Source: a virus (taxonomy: Duplodnaviria; Caudoviricetes). Taken from it: a stretch of DNA of 56,031 bases. Below the pieces are notes generated by a model. It made no database searches. It was given only the letters and a program-made list of their open reading frames with translations, and had not been told where the DNA came from. Below, one piece after another: positions 18,510-27,508 of this stretch; position 1 is the stretch's first letter; the number at the start of each line of letters is the position of its first letter. Location of the stretch: IMG/VR virus record IMGVR_UViG_3300008108_000486, positions 1 through 56,031 of that record, one strand, 5' to 3'. Both the position numbers and the translations under genes were made by a program.

Positions 18510-19562
18510 ATGGATTTGGAAACTAAATCAAAACTCACTTCCATAAGTGGAAACTTTTGGAGAATAGTAAATGAGTGTCTTATTCAGGGTGTTGATGATG
18601 AGGTTAGACTTAGACTTGGTTCAGAGGTCAAACCTAGTGGTCGTTGCGTTGAGAGAGCGAGTGGTGATGAAAGAAAAGCACGAACAAGTGCGCCTACTCC
18701 TAGTGGTGTAGAAGTGGCAAACATGGAAGCAGATGAGTTCTATGTTCGCCCTAATGGACAAAAGTATTTCACTCGTTCATGGGGTATCCACACAGATACA
18801 GCAGTTCTACGCAAAGCAAGAGAAGCAACTAATAACTTCTTTTCTAGTGGAGTTGGTTCGCCACAGTTCGCTTACTTCTATGGAGTTCCGGGAACAGGAA
18901 AAACTGCTTTGGTAGAAGCAAGTTTCCATGACGACAAAGTTATTACTTTGGTTGGTAATGGTGATACTGATACCAATGATTTCTATGGTTCTTTTATTCA
19001 GACCCCAAGTGGAAAGTTTGAGTGGGTTGATGGTGGATTTATTGAGGCAGTAGAAAATGGTTATGTATTTTTTATTGACGAGATAGGTCTTATTGACCCT
19101 AAAGCGTTGGCAATAGTTTATGCCGTCATGGACGGACGAAAGAGTATTACTATTCCAATGAACCCTGATAGAGGAACTATCAAAGTCCATGAAAACTTTT
19201 ATGTAGTTTCAGCGACTAATCCAAATGCTCCCGGAGTTAGACTTTCCGAAGCCATGCTTTCTCGCTTCCAACTACAAGTGGAACTAACAACTGATTATGC
19301 GCTCGCAAAGAAGTTAGGTGTTCCAGCGACAATGGTGAGCGTTGCTCAAAATCTTTACAAGCGCACACAAGGCGATAGTGCTGAAATCTCATGGTCGCCA
19401 CAAATGCGTGAGTTGATAGGTTTTAGAGATACTTCCGATATTTTCGGAACAGAGTTCGCTATCGCTAACATGATAGCGAGCGCACCTGAACTAGACAGAG
19501 ATGTTGTAGTTGATGTTATCTCTAGGGCGTATGGGGCAGAATACAAACCTGCCAAGATTTAG
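18510..19562 (+). CDS. MoxR/CobS-like AAA+ ATPase
   Basis: GVPGTGKT, FEWVDG, FIDEI, ATNP, LSEAMLSRF, MREL. Confidence 0.9.
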   Translation: MDLETKSKLTSISGNFWRIVNECLIQGVDDEVRLRLGSEVKPSGRCVERASGDERKARTSAPTPSGVEVANMEADEFYVRPNGQKYFTRSWGIHTDTAVLRKAREATNNFFSSGVGSPQFAYFYGVPGTGKTALVEASFHDDKVITLVGNGDTDTNDFYGSFIQTPSGKFEWVDGGFIEAVENGYVFFIDEIGLIDPKALAIVYAVMDGRKSITIPMNPDRGTIKVHENFYVVSATNPNAPGVRLSEAMLSRFQLQVELTTDYALAKKLGVPATMVSVAQNLYKRTQGDSAEISWSPQMRELIGFRDTSDIFGTEFAIANMIASAPELDRDVVVDVISRAYGAEYKPAKI

Positions 19563-19593
19563 AAAGGGTTTTTACCCCCTTTCTATATATGGT

Positions 19594-19631
19594 GAAAGGT
19601 GGGGGCTTCTCTCTCCCCCACCTTTCCTTTC
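19594..19631 (+). terminator. terminator-like hairpin with CTTCTCTCT loop
   Basis: Perfect 12-bp stem GAAAGGTGGGGG/CCCCCACCTTTC. Confidence 0.75.
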
Positions 19632-19688
19632 TAGGATAGAAATGATACGATTAGAGAGTAAGGACACACGACAAGAAAAGGGAAAGAA

Positions 19689-21467
19689 ATGGCACACCTA
19701 AAGCATAAGGAAGTAGCCAACTCAAAGGTGAAAACACCTAGCGAGTGGTTAGGCGTTGGTTATGAAATCACGCAGTTAGTAAATCGTTGGTCTGATAGAA
19801 CAGACCTAGTTGCGCTAATAAATCAAGAAGCAGGACAAGGCGCACCTGCTTGCTATATCCCAATGTTCGCAGAAATAGAAGTAAATACAAAAGAAGCGTT
19901 TGGGGAAATAACAACTCCTAATCAAGTAAATGATTTGACTAAGAGAAGCAACCAATACGAGTGGGCTAAAGCCACAGGTGCTATTCGCCATGAGGCTTAC
20001 CACGCAAAGTTTTCTGCTTGGGATATGCCAAGTGCTTACAAGGCACTAAAGCAAGATGAATACGAGGCTTTGGTTTTGCTAGAGGAAGGTCGCATAGAAG
20101 CGTGGGGTATCAAGACCCACCCTGACGCAAAAGTTTTTCTACGAGCAAGTGCTATGGGTTTGATTATTGACGAAGCAAAAGAAGTATTTGGAAAAGAAAC
20201 TTCTAGCGTTTCTAGTGCTAGTTCGTTAGTTGGTTTATGCCACGCAAGAGTTATCGCAGGTTCGCTTGATATAGATGAAGCAAGAGAACTTATGGACGAA
20301 GTAGAAAAAGTTTTAGGAAAAGAGTTAGTAGATAAACTCGTTGCGATTATCAGAGAGTTTCAGGCACACGCAACTCACAATGATATTTCTGCTTGCTATC
20401 CACTCGCTATTGAGTGGGCAAAGTTAGTTCGTGATAAGAAAGAGGAAGCAGGTGAAAGTCCTGCCGACTTTTCAGACTTTATGGAAATGATGAGCGAGAT
20501 GTTAGGGGAAATGGAAAAGCAAGTTCCCATTTCTAATGAAAGAGATTTACAAGACCAAAAGCGTTCAGAGGATATGAAAGAGAGCGCAGTTGCTAAAGAA
20601 CAGACTTCTAAAGAGCAAAAGAAAAATGAGGAAATTGCTAAAGAAATCTTTTCTAAATCAACAGGTCCCGGAGAAAGCGCAACTCGTTCTCGCCTAACAG
20701 AGAAAAGACCCCCTAATGGAAAAGAGCGCAATAGCGCAGTAAAAATCTCAAAGGCTTTGGAAAGAGCAAAGTATCGTGAGCGTGGGATTACAGAAGTAGG
20801 AAGTATCGTTCCTCCCGGAAAACTAAATACACGAAAGATTATTCAGGCTAAGGCTTTGGAACAAAGAGGCGTATTTACTCAACCAACTGCTTTCACAAAG
20901 AAAGTTCGTAAGCACACAGACGAGCCACCACTAACAGTTGGAGTAATGGTAGATATTTCAGGGTCAATGGGAAGTGCCATGAACCCAATGGCTTCTACTG
21001 CTTGGATTATGAGTGAGGCAGTTCGCCGAGTTCAGGGAAATGTCGCTATGGTTTATTACGGAAGTGATGTGTTCCCAACTCTCAAAAGAGGGCAACGACT
21101 AAAAGATGTAAATGTCTATTCTGCCCCTGACGGAACTGAAAAGTTTGATAAGGCGTTTCGTGCTTTGGACGGCGCACTTCACTTGATTTATGGTGAGGGC
21201 GCACGATTACTCGTAATCGTTTCGGACGGACAATACACACATGAGGAAACAGAAAGAGCGAAGTCATGGATAAAGACCTGCTCTAAGCATGGTGTCGCAG
21301 TTCTATGGCTTCCTATTGGCGACAATGGATACCACGCAAAAAATATATGCGAGGGTTCTAACGCAGAAATAGTTGTCGGCATAACTGACCCAACAAGTTC
21401 GGCGTTGGCTATTGGCAAGTCTGCCGAGAAAACTCTCTCAACGGCAGGAAAGCGTATGAGCGCATAA
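19689..21467 (+). CDS. CobT-like protein: N-terminal HExxH zincin-like domain plus C-terminal VWA domain
   Basis: HEAYH, LEEGRIE, GKLN, MIDAS DISGSM, IVSDG. Confidence 0.88.
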   Translation: MAHLKHKEVANSKVKTPSEWLGVGYEITQLVNRWSDRTDLVALINQEAGQGAPACYIPMFAEIEVNTKEAFGEITTPNQVNDLTKRSNQYEWAKATGAIRHEAYHAKFSAWDMPSAYKALKQDEYEALVLLEEGRIEAWGIKTHPDAKVFLRASAMGLIIDEAKEVFGKETSSVSSASSLVGLCHARVIAGSLDIDEARELMDEVEKVLGKELVDKLVAIIREFQAHATHNDISACYPLAIEWAKLVRDKKEEAGESPADFSDFMEMMSEMLGEMEKQVPISNERDLQDQKRSEDMKESAVAKEQTSKEQKKNEEIAKEIFSKSTGPGESATRSRLTEKRPPNGKERNSAVKISKALERAKYRERGITEVGSIVPPGKLNTRKIIQAKALEQRGVFTQPTAFTKKVRKHTDEPPLTVGVMVDISGSMGSAMNPMASTAWIMSEAVRRVQGNVAMVYYGSDVFPTLKRGQRLKDVNVYSAPDGTEKFDKAFRALDGALHLIYGEGARLLVIVSDGQYTHEETERAKSWIKTCSKHGVAVLWLPIGDNGYHAKNICEGSNAEIVVGITDPTSSALAIGKSAEKTLSTAGKRMSA

Positions 21468-21528
21468 AGGTTTCGTGGTTGGGTATCTTTCCCTGAAAGA
21501 AAGTGTGTCCCCCCGACTACGGATAACG

Positions 21529-21568
21529 GAAACCCCCCACAAGTGGTTGTGTGGGGGTTTCTGCTTTT
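21529..21568 (+). terminator. intrinsic terminator
   Basis: GAAACCCCC../..GGGGGTTTC stem with a T-rich tail. Confidence 0.7.
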
Positions 21569-21718
21569 ACGGGCATATATAAGAGAGGGGTAAAAACAAT
21601 GGGGGAAAACTTTTACCCCCTACCTATATACGGAACTTGTATTTTTAGTTTCCTACTCCTGCTGGCAACCCAGGCCAAAACCACGCTCAAAATAAGGGTT
21701 GGTTTTGACGCTTACTTT

Positions 21719-21858
21719 GGGAACTGAAAACTTTTGGTTGAGATAGGGGGCTGGTGCTGGCAACTTAGATTTTTAGATGTCCCTGGGTAGCCCAAGTTAT
21801 TGAGCGTAATTTTCCGACCAGGTAGCATGAAACAGGGAACTGAAAACTTTTGGTTGAG
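21719..21858 (+). repeat. 24-bp direct repeat GGGAACTGAAAACTTTTGGTTGAG
   Basis: Copies at about 21719 and 21835; variant at 30555. Confidence 0.8.
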
Positions 21859-21926
21859 GCAAATGCTTGAGGTTCTATTTTAGAAATGCTAGGCTTGTGC
21901 CAAGACAAATGACGAAAGGGTAAAAA

Positions 21927-22082
21927 ATGGCAAAGTATGAAGTTGTAGTTTCAGCAGAAGTAAGAACAGTTTGGGAAGCCGATAGCAAGGAACAGGCTCT
22001 ACGACAGGCAGAGGCTTGGACGGCAGAGGAATATGGCGACTTGGTTCATAAGGCAAACTTTGGAGTAAGGGAGTTAGCGTAA
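21927..22082 (+). CDS. hypothetical protein (51 aa, not in the ORF track)
   Basis: MAKYEVVVSAEVRTVWEADSKEQA...; leader CAAATGACGAAAGG. Confidence 0.7.
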   Translation: MAKYEVVVSAEVRTVWEADSKEQALRQAEAWTAEEYGDLVHKANFGVRELA

Positions 22083-22315
22083 TGGCACAGATACATTATT
22101 TGATTTGCTTTGATACCGAAACAGAAAAGTGGTCGTCAGCAGATGAAGCTTTGGGTGCTTTTTTCAAAGACGGATATGTTTGGGACGGAGACGAGTTCGG
22201 CGAGCAAGGTGAGTGGCGTATTCTAAATATGAACGACCCGAAAGAAGTTGATATGGAATACGAGGGAACTGAAAAGGTCGGCTTGTTGCTTCGCAAACTA
22301 AACGGCATGGAGTAG
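22082..22315 (+). CDS. hypothetical protein
   Basis: TAATG coupling. Confidence 0.7.
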   Translation: MAQIHYLICFDTETEKWSSADEALGAFFKDGYVWDGDEFGEQGEWRILNMNDPKEVDMEYEGTEKVGLLLRKLNGME

Positions 22316-22342
22316 CAAGCGATATATAACTAGGGGGTAAAA

Positions 22343-22816
22343 ATGCCAACGGCAGGAGATTACGAGATAGAGTTTGTATGGCTTGACGGGAACATACCTG
22401 ACGGAGACCACCAGGATCCGATTTGGTGGGAGAACGGCGCGGTCTGTTCAGTTCGGCTTGACGATTTAGAAGTTGTAATTCATAAAGACGGCGCGACAAG
22501 AATTGAGGATAGGGAAACGGGTTCTACTTATAGAAGTAGTAGCGAGTTCCCGAAAGAGATAAACGGGGACAAAGCTTTAGAGGAAGCAAGTTCAGGAAAC
22601 TATCCGCGCTTTTATTGGGAGAATAACCCGTGGTTTGATATTTACACTACTGACGGAACTCACCTAGATATGGTTGGACACGGGGCTGATGAAGTCTTTG
22701 AGAGTGCTTGTGATTATTTGATTTCCGAGTTTGTAAATCTTTGCCAAATTGAGAACAACCAAATCCCACAGGTTGAGGGTAAGCGTGTTGTGGTTGTTGA
22801 TTTTGGAGACGAGTAG
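22343..22816 (+). CDS. hypothetical acidic protein
   Basis: NNPWF motif; RBS within the GGGGTAAAA element. Confidence 0.75.
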   Translation: MPTAGDYEIEFVWLDGNIPDGDHQDPIWWENGAVCSVRLDDLEVVIHKDGATRIEDRETGSTYRSSSEFPKEINGDKALEEASSGNYPRFYWENNPWFDIYTTDGTHLDMVGHGADEVFESACDYLISEFVNLCQIENNQIPQVEGKRVVVVDFGDE

Positions 22817-22861
22817 TTATAGAATAGATACTACATAAAGGGTAAAAACGAAGGGACACAA

Positions 22862-23512
22862 ATGCACACAGTTCAGTTGCTTTTCGTAGAAGCAAATACA
22901 CACCAAGAAGCAGTAGAGATAGTAGATAGCAAGATAAATGACTGGGAAGGTCATTGGTCAGACTGGCACGCCATTGGTGGTCGTTGGTCAGGTATCTTTG
23001 GCGAGAACCACCCTGATGTAATCAACTACAAGAACGAACCTGAACTATTTGAGAAGCACCTAAACGATTTTGTTGAGGGTCGCAAGAAGCGTTTGGAAGA
23101 GTGCTTACAACGCTTTGAGGAAGGTGGGAAATCACTTAGTCAGTTCGTTGATACTTACAACCCTGAAATCTTTGATATTGATATGAACCTTTACTCCCTG
23201 AAATGTATGGTCAAAGTTTTGGCAGGGGACTGGACTTACGACAGTTGCTTCTTTGACCTAGAGGCTTATTCTGAAACCCTAGTTCCTTTTTTGGAAATGG
23301 AATATATGATTTCAGCGTATCCAATAGGGTTTGGATACACAGAAAAAGGAAACGCAGTTGTAATCGCTCATAGCCAAGATGAGAACGACAACATAGTAGT
23401 CGTAGAGCATTTGATTACACCAAAACAGTTAGAACGAATTATCGAAATAGCACAAGAAGTTTTAGGCGAAATGGGAAAACAGGCTCTTGGTATAAAGACA
23501 GGAAGTAAATAA
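22862..23512 (+). CDS. hypothetical protein (probably two genes fused by a deletion near 23290)
   Basis: WSDW..IGGRWSG family N-terminal part joined to MEYMISAYPIG... Confidence 0.65.
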   Translation: MHTVQLLFVEANTHQEAVEIVDSKINDWEGHWSDWHAIGGRWSGIFGENHPDVINYKNEPELFEKHLNDFVEGRKKRLEECLQRFEEGGKSLSQFVDTYNPEIFDIDMNLYSLKCMVKVLAGDWTYDSCFFDLEAYSETLVPFLEMEYMISAYPIGFGYTEKGNAVVIAHSQDENDNIVVVEHLITPKQLERIIEIAQEVLGEMGKQALGIKTGSK

Positions 23513-23513
23513 A

Positions 23514-24032
23514 ATGGGTATGGATGTGTATGGAAAAAATCCAACAAGCGAAGTTGGTTCTTACTACCGACAAAATGTTTGGGGGTGGCATCCACTTTGG
23601 CAGTATGTCGAGATATATCACGAACAGTATGCCGAGAAAGTAAAGTATGGTCATAGCAACGACGGCGACGGACTAGAAGCAGAGGACAGTTCGCAGTTGG
23701 CTCTATCTCTAAAACAAGACATTATGACTGGGTTAGCGCAAGCAAGACTTGATGAGTGGCAAAAAGAACTTGATGAATTGCCAATGGATAAATGCGACCT
23801 ATGTGAAGGCACAGGAATACGCAAAGATAAAGTCGGAAAAGAGTTTGGACAACATAAGAAAGAACTTTCTGCCGAACAAAGCGAAAAGTATGGTCGCCGT
23901 ATTGGTTGGTGTAATGGTTGCGACGGCGCAGGGGAGAAAGAACCTTTTGTAAAAAACTACGGAACTAGCGTTGAGGACATTAGAGATTTTGCTGATTTCC
24001 TTGCCGACTGTGGTGGCTTTGAGATTTGCTGA
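23514..24032 (+). CDS. hypothetical protein with DnaJ-like CxxCxGxG motifs
   Basis: MGMDVYG, NVWGWHPLW, SNDG, CDLCEGTG, CNGCDG, CGGFEIC. Confidence 0.8.
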   Translation: MGMDVYGKNPTSEVGSYYRQNVWGWHPLWQYVEIYHEQYAEKVKYGHSNDGDGLEAEDSSQLALSLKQDIMTGLAQARLDEWQKELDELPMDKCDLCEGTGIRKDKVGKEFGQHKKELSAEQSEKYGRRIGWCNGCDGAGEKEPFVKNYGTSVEDIRDFADFLADCGGFEIC

Positions 24033-24113
24033 ACACACCGAAAGGGATAACTTGTTTTTACCCCTTTCTATAATATAGACTTAGAACACCGAAGCAAGAG
24101 AAAGGGAAATCAA

Positions 24114-24305
24114 ATGACGGCTTTCGGAGAAATGGTAAAGAACACTACCTATGTAGTGCAGACACCGACTTGTTTTGTTTGTGGCAAGGACGGCGAAGTA
24201 GAAGTGCCAATGGAAGGATTTTTGCGCCGACAACTCGGTGCGCTAATCCAAGACGCTTATCCTGAAATCGGCTCCATAAATAAGAGAGGGGTAAAAACGG
24301 CGTGA
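24114..24305 (+). CDS. small zinc-binding protein (C-terminus apparently truncated)
   Basis: C..CG...LIQDAYP motif that runs abruptly into the intergenic motif. Confidence 0.6.
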   Translation: MTAFGEMVKNTTYVVQTPTCFVCGKDGEVEVPMEGFLRRQLGALIQDAYPEIGSINKRGVKTA

Positions 24306-24463
24306 GAACTAAAAAGGAAATCCGTAGAGACATAAAAGACCAAGCGGAACAGATAATGTATTTTGAGGCGAGTATGCCCGACATAGACAAAGCTACAAAG
24401 ATGTTAGCCGAACGGCTAGAGAGTATTTACTACGCTGGATACCACGATTGCGAGGATAGATAA
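24302..24463 (+). CDS. hypothetical protein (53 aa, not in the ORF track)
   Basis: GTG start, MRTKKEIRRDIK..., TAATG-coupled to the next gene. Confidence 0.6.
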   Translation: MRTKKEIRRDIKDQAEQIMYFEASMPDIDKATKMLAERLESIYYAGYHDCEDR

Positions 24464-24666
24464 TGTTTTTCAACGGATTTACTTTACTAATGATGATTGT
24501 TGGTGGGGCTATTGGTTTCGGGATTTCACGCTGGACAATAGATACCCAATGGCTTGTGGAGAAACTTTCTAACAGAGTTGGATACGAATACGACAATGAG
24601 GGGCAGATAGTTATTTACACAGGTCTTTATGATGAGGAACAGGAAGTCTATGCTGATGGCTACTGA
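24463..24666 (+). CDS. small membrane protein
   Basis: N-terminal TM helix. Confidence 0.65.
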   Translation: MFFNGFTLLMMIVGGAIGFGISRWTIDTQWLVEKLSNRVGYEYDNEGQIVIYTGLYDEEQEVYADGY

Positions 24667-24797
24667 TTTTTACCCCACTTATCTATACGCCACGACACGA
24701 ACTAAAATGGATTTGACGAAATAAAACTTTCTAGGATAGAGTTATCTCACTAGGCAAGGAGCCTAGAAAAGACAAAGTGAAAGGTAGGAAGTAGCCA

Positions 24798-25232
24798 ATG
24801 GCTAGCACTATCAAAAGCACAACAACCAGCAAGACCAAGCAGGTCGCTGGTAAGACAGTAAAAACCACCACAACTGAAACAACAGTAGTGGCTACTAGCG
24901 ATATTCTTTCGCTAGACAAAAGCGCAAAGAAAGCAAAAACTCTTATCGCAGAGTTAGTGCGTTTGCGTGAAGCGATTTCCGATATGGAAAAAGCAAAGAA
25001 AGAAACCACCGAAGCCATTTACGAACTTATGGGTTATGAGCAAGTAAAGGTTGGAGAAAAAACAAAGTGGGTAGGCGTTGCTAAAAAGGGAACAGTAAAA
25101 GGCGCAACGATTATCACGATTTCAGAAAGACCACGCAAAGATGTGGATACAAAAGCCTTAGAACTTTCGTATCCTGAAGTGTATGCTTCGGTGGCATACG
25201 ATAACCCTTATTTGGTTATCTTGGCGAAGTAG
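24798..25232 (+). CDS. hypothetical protein
   Basis: Own promoter (TTGACG 24713 / TAGAGT 24737) and terminator; D.K.L...YPEVY motif. Confidence 0.8.
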   Translation: MASTIKSTTTSKTKQVAGKTVKTTTTETTVVATSDILSLDKSAKKAKTLIAELVRLREAISDMEKAKKETTEAIYELMGYEQVKVGEKTKWVGVAKKGTVKGATIITISERPRKDVDTKALELSYPEVYASVAYDNPYLVILAK

Positions 25233-25257
25233 GTATCCCTAGTCCTACAAGTCGGCG

Positions 25258-25290
25258 AACCCCCTTGCGAAAGCAGGGGGGTTTTGCTTT
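25258..25290 (+). terminator. intrinsic terminator
   Basis: AACCCCCTTGC-GAAA-GCAGGGGGGTT plus T tract. Confidence 0.85.
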
Positions 25291-25517
25291 TACCCCCTTT
25301 CTATATATAGGAGAGGGGTAAAAAGAAACGGCACGGCACGCTATTGCGAAAGAGCAGGAGAGTGTTATAGAATAGAACTACCGAACTAGGGAAAGGTAAA
25401 ACAATGAAAGCAAGTTGCGTAGAGTGCGGGCGAGTATTCGACCTAACTAATGAAACGGATTTACAGGAAGCAAAATAAGACCTAACTATTTCAATAGTAG
25501 AAATAAAGGCGAGCAGT

Positions 25518-25769
25518 ATGGAAGAAGCCGAAGCGGTTATGCAGAGGTTCATAGATGAAATCGGCAAGGTTATGACGGACGAGGTTCGTTGGGACGAAGC
25601 GGATTGGAGTATTCAGGAAAACACTATGAACGCAGAAGGAACAGGTTGGGAAGTAACGGACGAGGGTGTTCCAGAATACTTTGAGATGAGTGATGTGGAA
25701 GCAGATGCCGACACACTTGCGAGCGCAGGACACGGAACAGACGAGGATTACGGATACTATGGAGATTAG
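25518..25769 (+). CDS. hypothetical acidic protein (5' end apparently lost)
   Basis: SDVEADADTLASAG.GTDEDYG motif; the frame is open upstream to an abrupt junction near 25475. Confidence 0.7.
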   Translation: MEEAEAVMQRFIDEIGKVMTDEVRWDEADWSIQENTMNAEGTGWEVTDEGVPEYFEMSDVEADADTLASAGHGTDEDYGYYGD

Positions 25770-25810
25770 AGCGATATATAAGAGAGGGGTAAAAAGTGGG
25801 AGGTGTAAAA

Positions 25811-25951
25811 ATGAAAAAGGGAAATAGCAAAAGTGCGGTGAGAAAGAACGCCGACAAACTAGATGAACTAATGCGGAAAATGGCAAGCGAAAAAACCTAC
25901 AAGGATTATCTAAAAGTAAGAACAGAGTTTCGCGCCGAGTTAGGGCTATAA
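25811..25951 (+). CDS. small basic protein (46 aa, not in the ORF track)
   Basis: RBS GGAGGT; followed by a terminator. Confidence 0.6.
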   Translation: MKKGNSKSAVRKNADKLDELMRKMASEKTYKDYLKVRTEFRAELGL

Positions 25952-25966
25952 GTAAAAACAGGAAAG

Positions 25967-26005
25967 AGTCCCTGGATCCGAATTGGGTTCAGGGATTATT
26001 TTCTT
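25967..26005 (+). terminator. intrinsic terminator
   Basis: AGTCCCTGGATCC/GGGTTCAGGGATT stem with a T-rich tail. Confidence 0.7.
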
Positions 26006-26016
26006 TAGGCGTGTTG

Positions 26017-26045
26017 TTGTAAATGTCAGAGAACTAGGATAGATT
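26017..26045 (+). promoter_or_regulatory. sigmaA-type early promoter with conserved spacer
   Basis: TTGTAA-17 nt (ATGTCAGAGAACTAGGA)-TAGATT. Confidence 0.75.
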
Positions 26046-26085
26046 TATCTCACTAGCAAAACGCTAGAGAACTAGGGAGAAAAAA

Positions 26086-26478
26086 ATGACACAAGGAAAA
26101 GCAGTAGTTATCAAGACAGATGGCTCAAAAGAGGTTGTTACTTTCACGATTGGTGACTCTTACAAACTACTATCAAACACAGTCGAGGGAATGATTGAGT
26201 GTGTGCGGTTGGCAGAAGATACCGATATGTGGTGCAACGAAAATGGAATTGCAGAAGGTCGCGATTTGAATCTAATGGCTTCGGCTATCTATAACGAAAC
26301 TTTCGGCGTAGCGAATCCTATTCTTGGAAATGTAATCATTACAGGTGGCGCAGATGATGAGGGTGAAACCCTTGGGCTTACCGAGGAGCAGGTTCAGAAG
26401 TGGCTCGCCTATAACAAGGCGGTAATTCCAACGGCTTACTTTGAAGACCCAATGTATGCCGAATACCTAAGCAGGTAG
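26086..26478 (+). CDS. DUF3846 domain protein
   Basis: VEGMIECV, MWCNENG, N.MAS, ILGNVIITG, L.EEQ. Confidence 0.85.
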   Translation: MTQGKAVVIKTDGSKEVVTFTIGDSYKLLSNTVEGMIECVRLAEDTDMWCNENGIAEGRDLNLMASAIYNETFGVANPILGNVIITGGADDEGETLGLTEEQVQKWLAYNKAVIPTAYFEDPMYAEYLSR

Positions 26479-26491
26479 AAGAATCAAAAAG

Positions 26492-26524
26492 AGTCCCTCA
26501 CCAAAAGGTGGGGGATTTTTTTTT
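26492..26524 (+). terminator. intrinsic terminator
   Basis: AGTCCCTCACC-AAAA-GGTGGGGGATT plus long T tract. Confidence 0.85.
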
Positions 26525-26539
26525 GCAAAATGCTAAAAA

Positions 26540-26764
26540 ATGTCAGTCTCTTATGAAAGAATAATAAATGTGGAAAACAATGACAAAGCAAGTGAATACG
26601 CATACAAAGCCCTTATGGGTAGCATCTTCGGAACTGCAAAGCCAGTAGACGAAAACCCGATAGTCCAAAAGCGCACCACAATTTGGTTACACGAAAACTT
26701 CACAGATGATGAAATCTGGGAAATGTATGACACCATAAAGTGGGAGCAAGAACTCAAGGAATAA
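26540..26764 (+). CDS. hypothetical protein (true start probably downstream)
   Basis: ORF between promoter-like sequence and terminator. Confidence 0.55.
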   Translation: MSVSYERIINVENNDKASEYAYKALMGSIFGTAKPVDENPIVQKRTTIWLHENFTDDEIWEMYDTIKWEQELKE

Positions 26765-26774
26765 AGTAAAGAGA

Positions 26775-26807
26775 AAGCCCCCGTCAGAAATGGCGGGGGT
26801 TTTTTTT
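26775..26807 (+). terminator. intrinsic terminator
   Basis: AAGCCCCCGTCA-GAAA-TGGCGGGGGTT plus T tract. Confidence 0.85.
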
Positions 26808-26969
26808 ACCCGATTGCTATATATAAGAGAGGGGTAAAAAAGGCTAGGGCTAAGTGTCGGCTAGAAGTGGGAAAGTATTTTCCGGGTGAAATGCATCGGC
26901 AGCTAGCCGGGAAATAATAATCTATGATAGAGTTTGCTTGCCGTAGAAAACTAGGGAAAGGAAAAAACT

Positions 26970-27428
26970 ATGAGCGCAATAGGAGTAGCAGAGGGAAAAA
27001 TATCTTTCTCTCTAAATAGTGATTGCCAATGCTTTGACTGTAATAAGTGCGGTATTGGTTATATGGGTGGAGAAGCCGGGGAGAAATGTAGTGACTGCAC
27101 GGGTGGAGTATTAGAAAACGCCAATGGTTGTATGGGTTGTTGGGACGATAGCGAAAGTATTTTTTACGACACTATCTACGAATGGCGCAAGGAAGTCGGA
27201 GTGAATTGGGGCTTAGTAAGGATTGACGGAAGAGGTATGGGCTGGACTAAAGAAATGGGAAGCGCCGTAGTGCCGTTGGATAAGGCTTTGAAGGCTTTGA
27301 CACTAAGAGGTGACTTTCGAATTGAGGTTGAGTTTAGTGGAAAGAGTTTCAGCGCTCGCCGTTATTCTCACGATGAGCCGACAGGAGCGAGTTTCTTTTT
27401 CACACTAGTCAAGGGTGAAGAAGACTAG
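26970..27428 (+). CDS. Cys-rich hypothetical protein
   Basis: Multiple CxC/CxxC, MGW..G, SHDEPTG; CTAGGGAAAGG leader. Confidence 0.8.
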   Translation: MSAIGVAEGKISFSLNSDCQCFDCNKCGIGYMGGEAGEKCSDCTGGVLENANGCMGCWDDSESIFYDTIYEWRKEVGVNWGLVRIDGRGMGWTKEMGSAVVPLDKALKALTLRGDFRIEVEFSGKSFSARRYSHDEPTGASFFFTLVKGEED

Positions 27429-27446
27429 AAAGGCTATGGACGCGAG

Positions 27447-27472
27447 AAGCCCTGCCGAGAGGTAGGGCTTTC
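27447..27472 (+). terminator. terminator-like hairpin
   Basis: AAGCCCTGCC-GAGA-GGTAGGGCTT. Confidence 0.7.
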
Positions 27473-27508
27473 GTGTTATTGTTGGCATATATAGAAGAGG
27501 GGTAAAAA

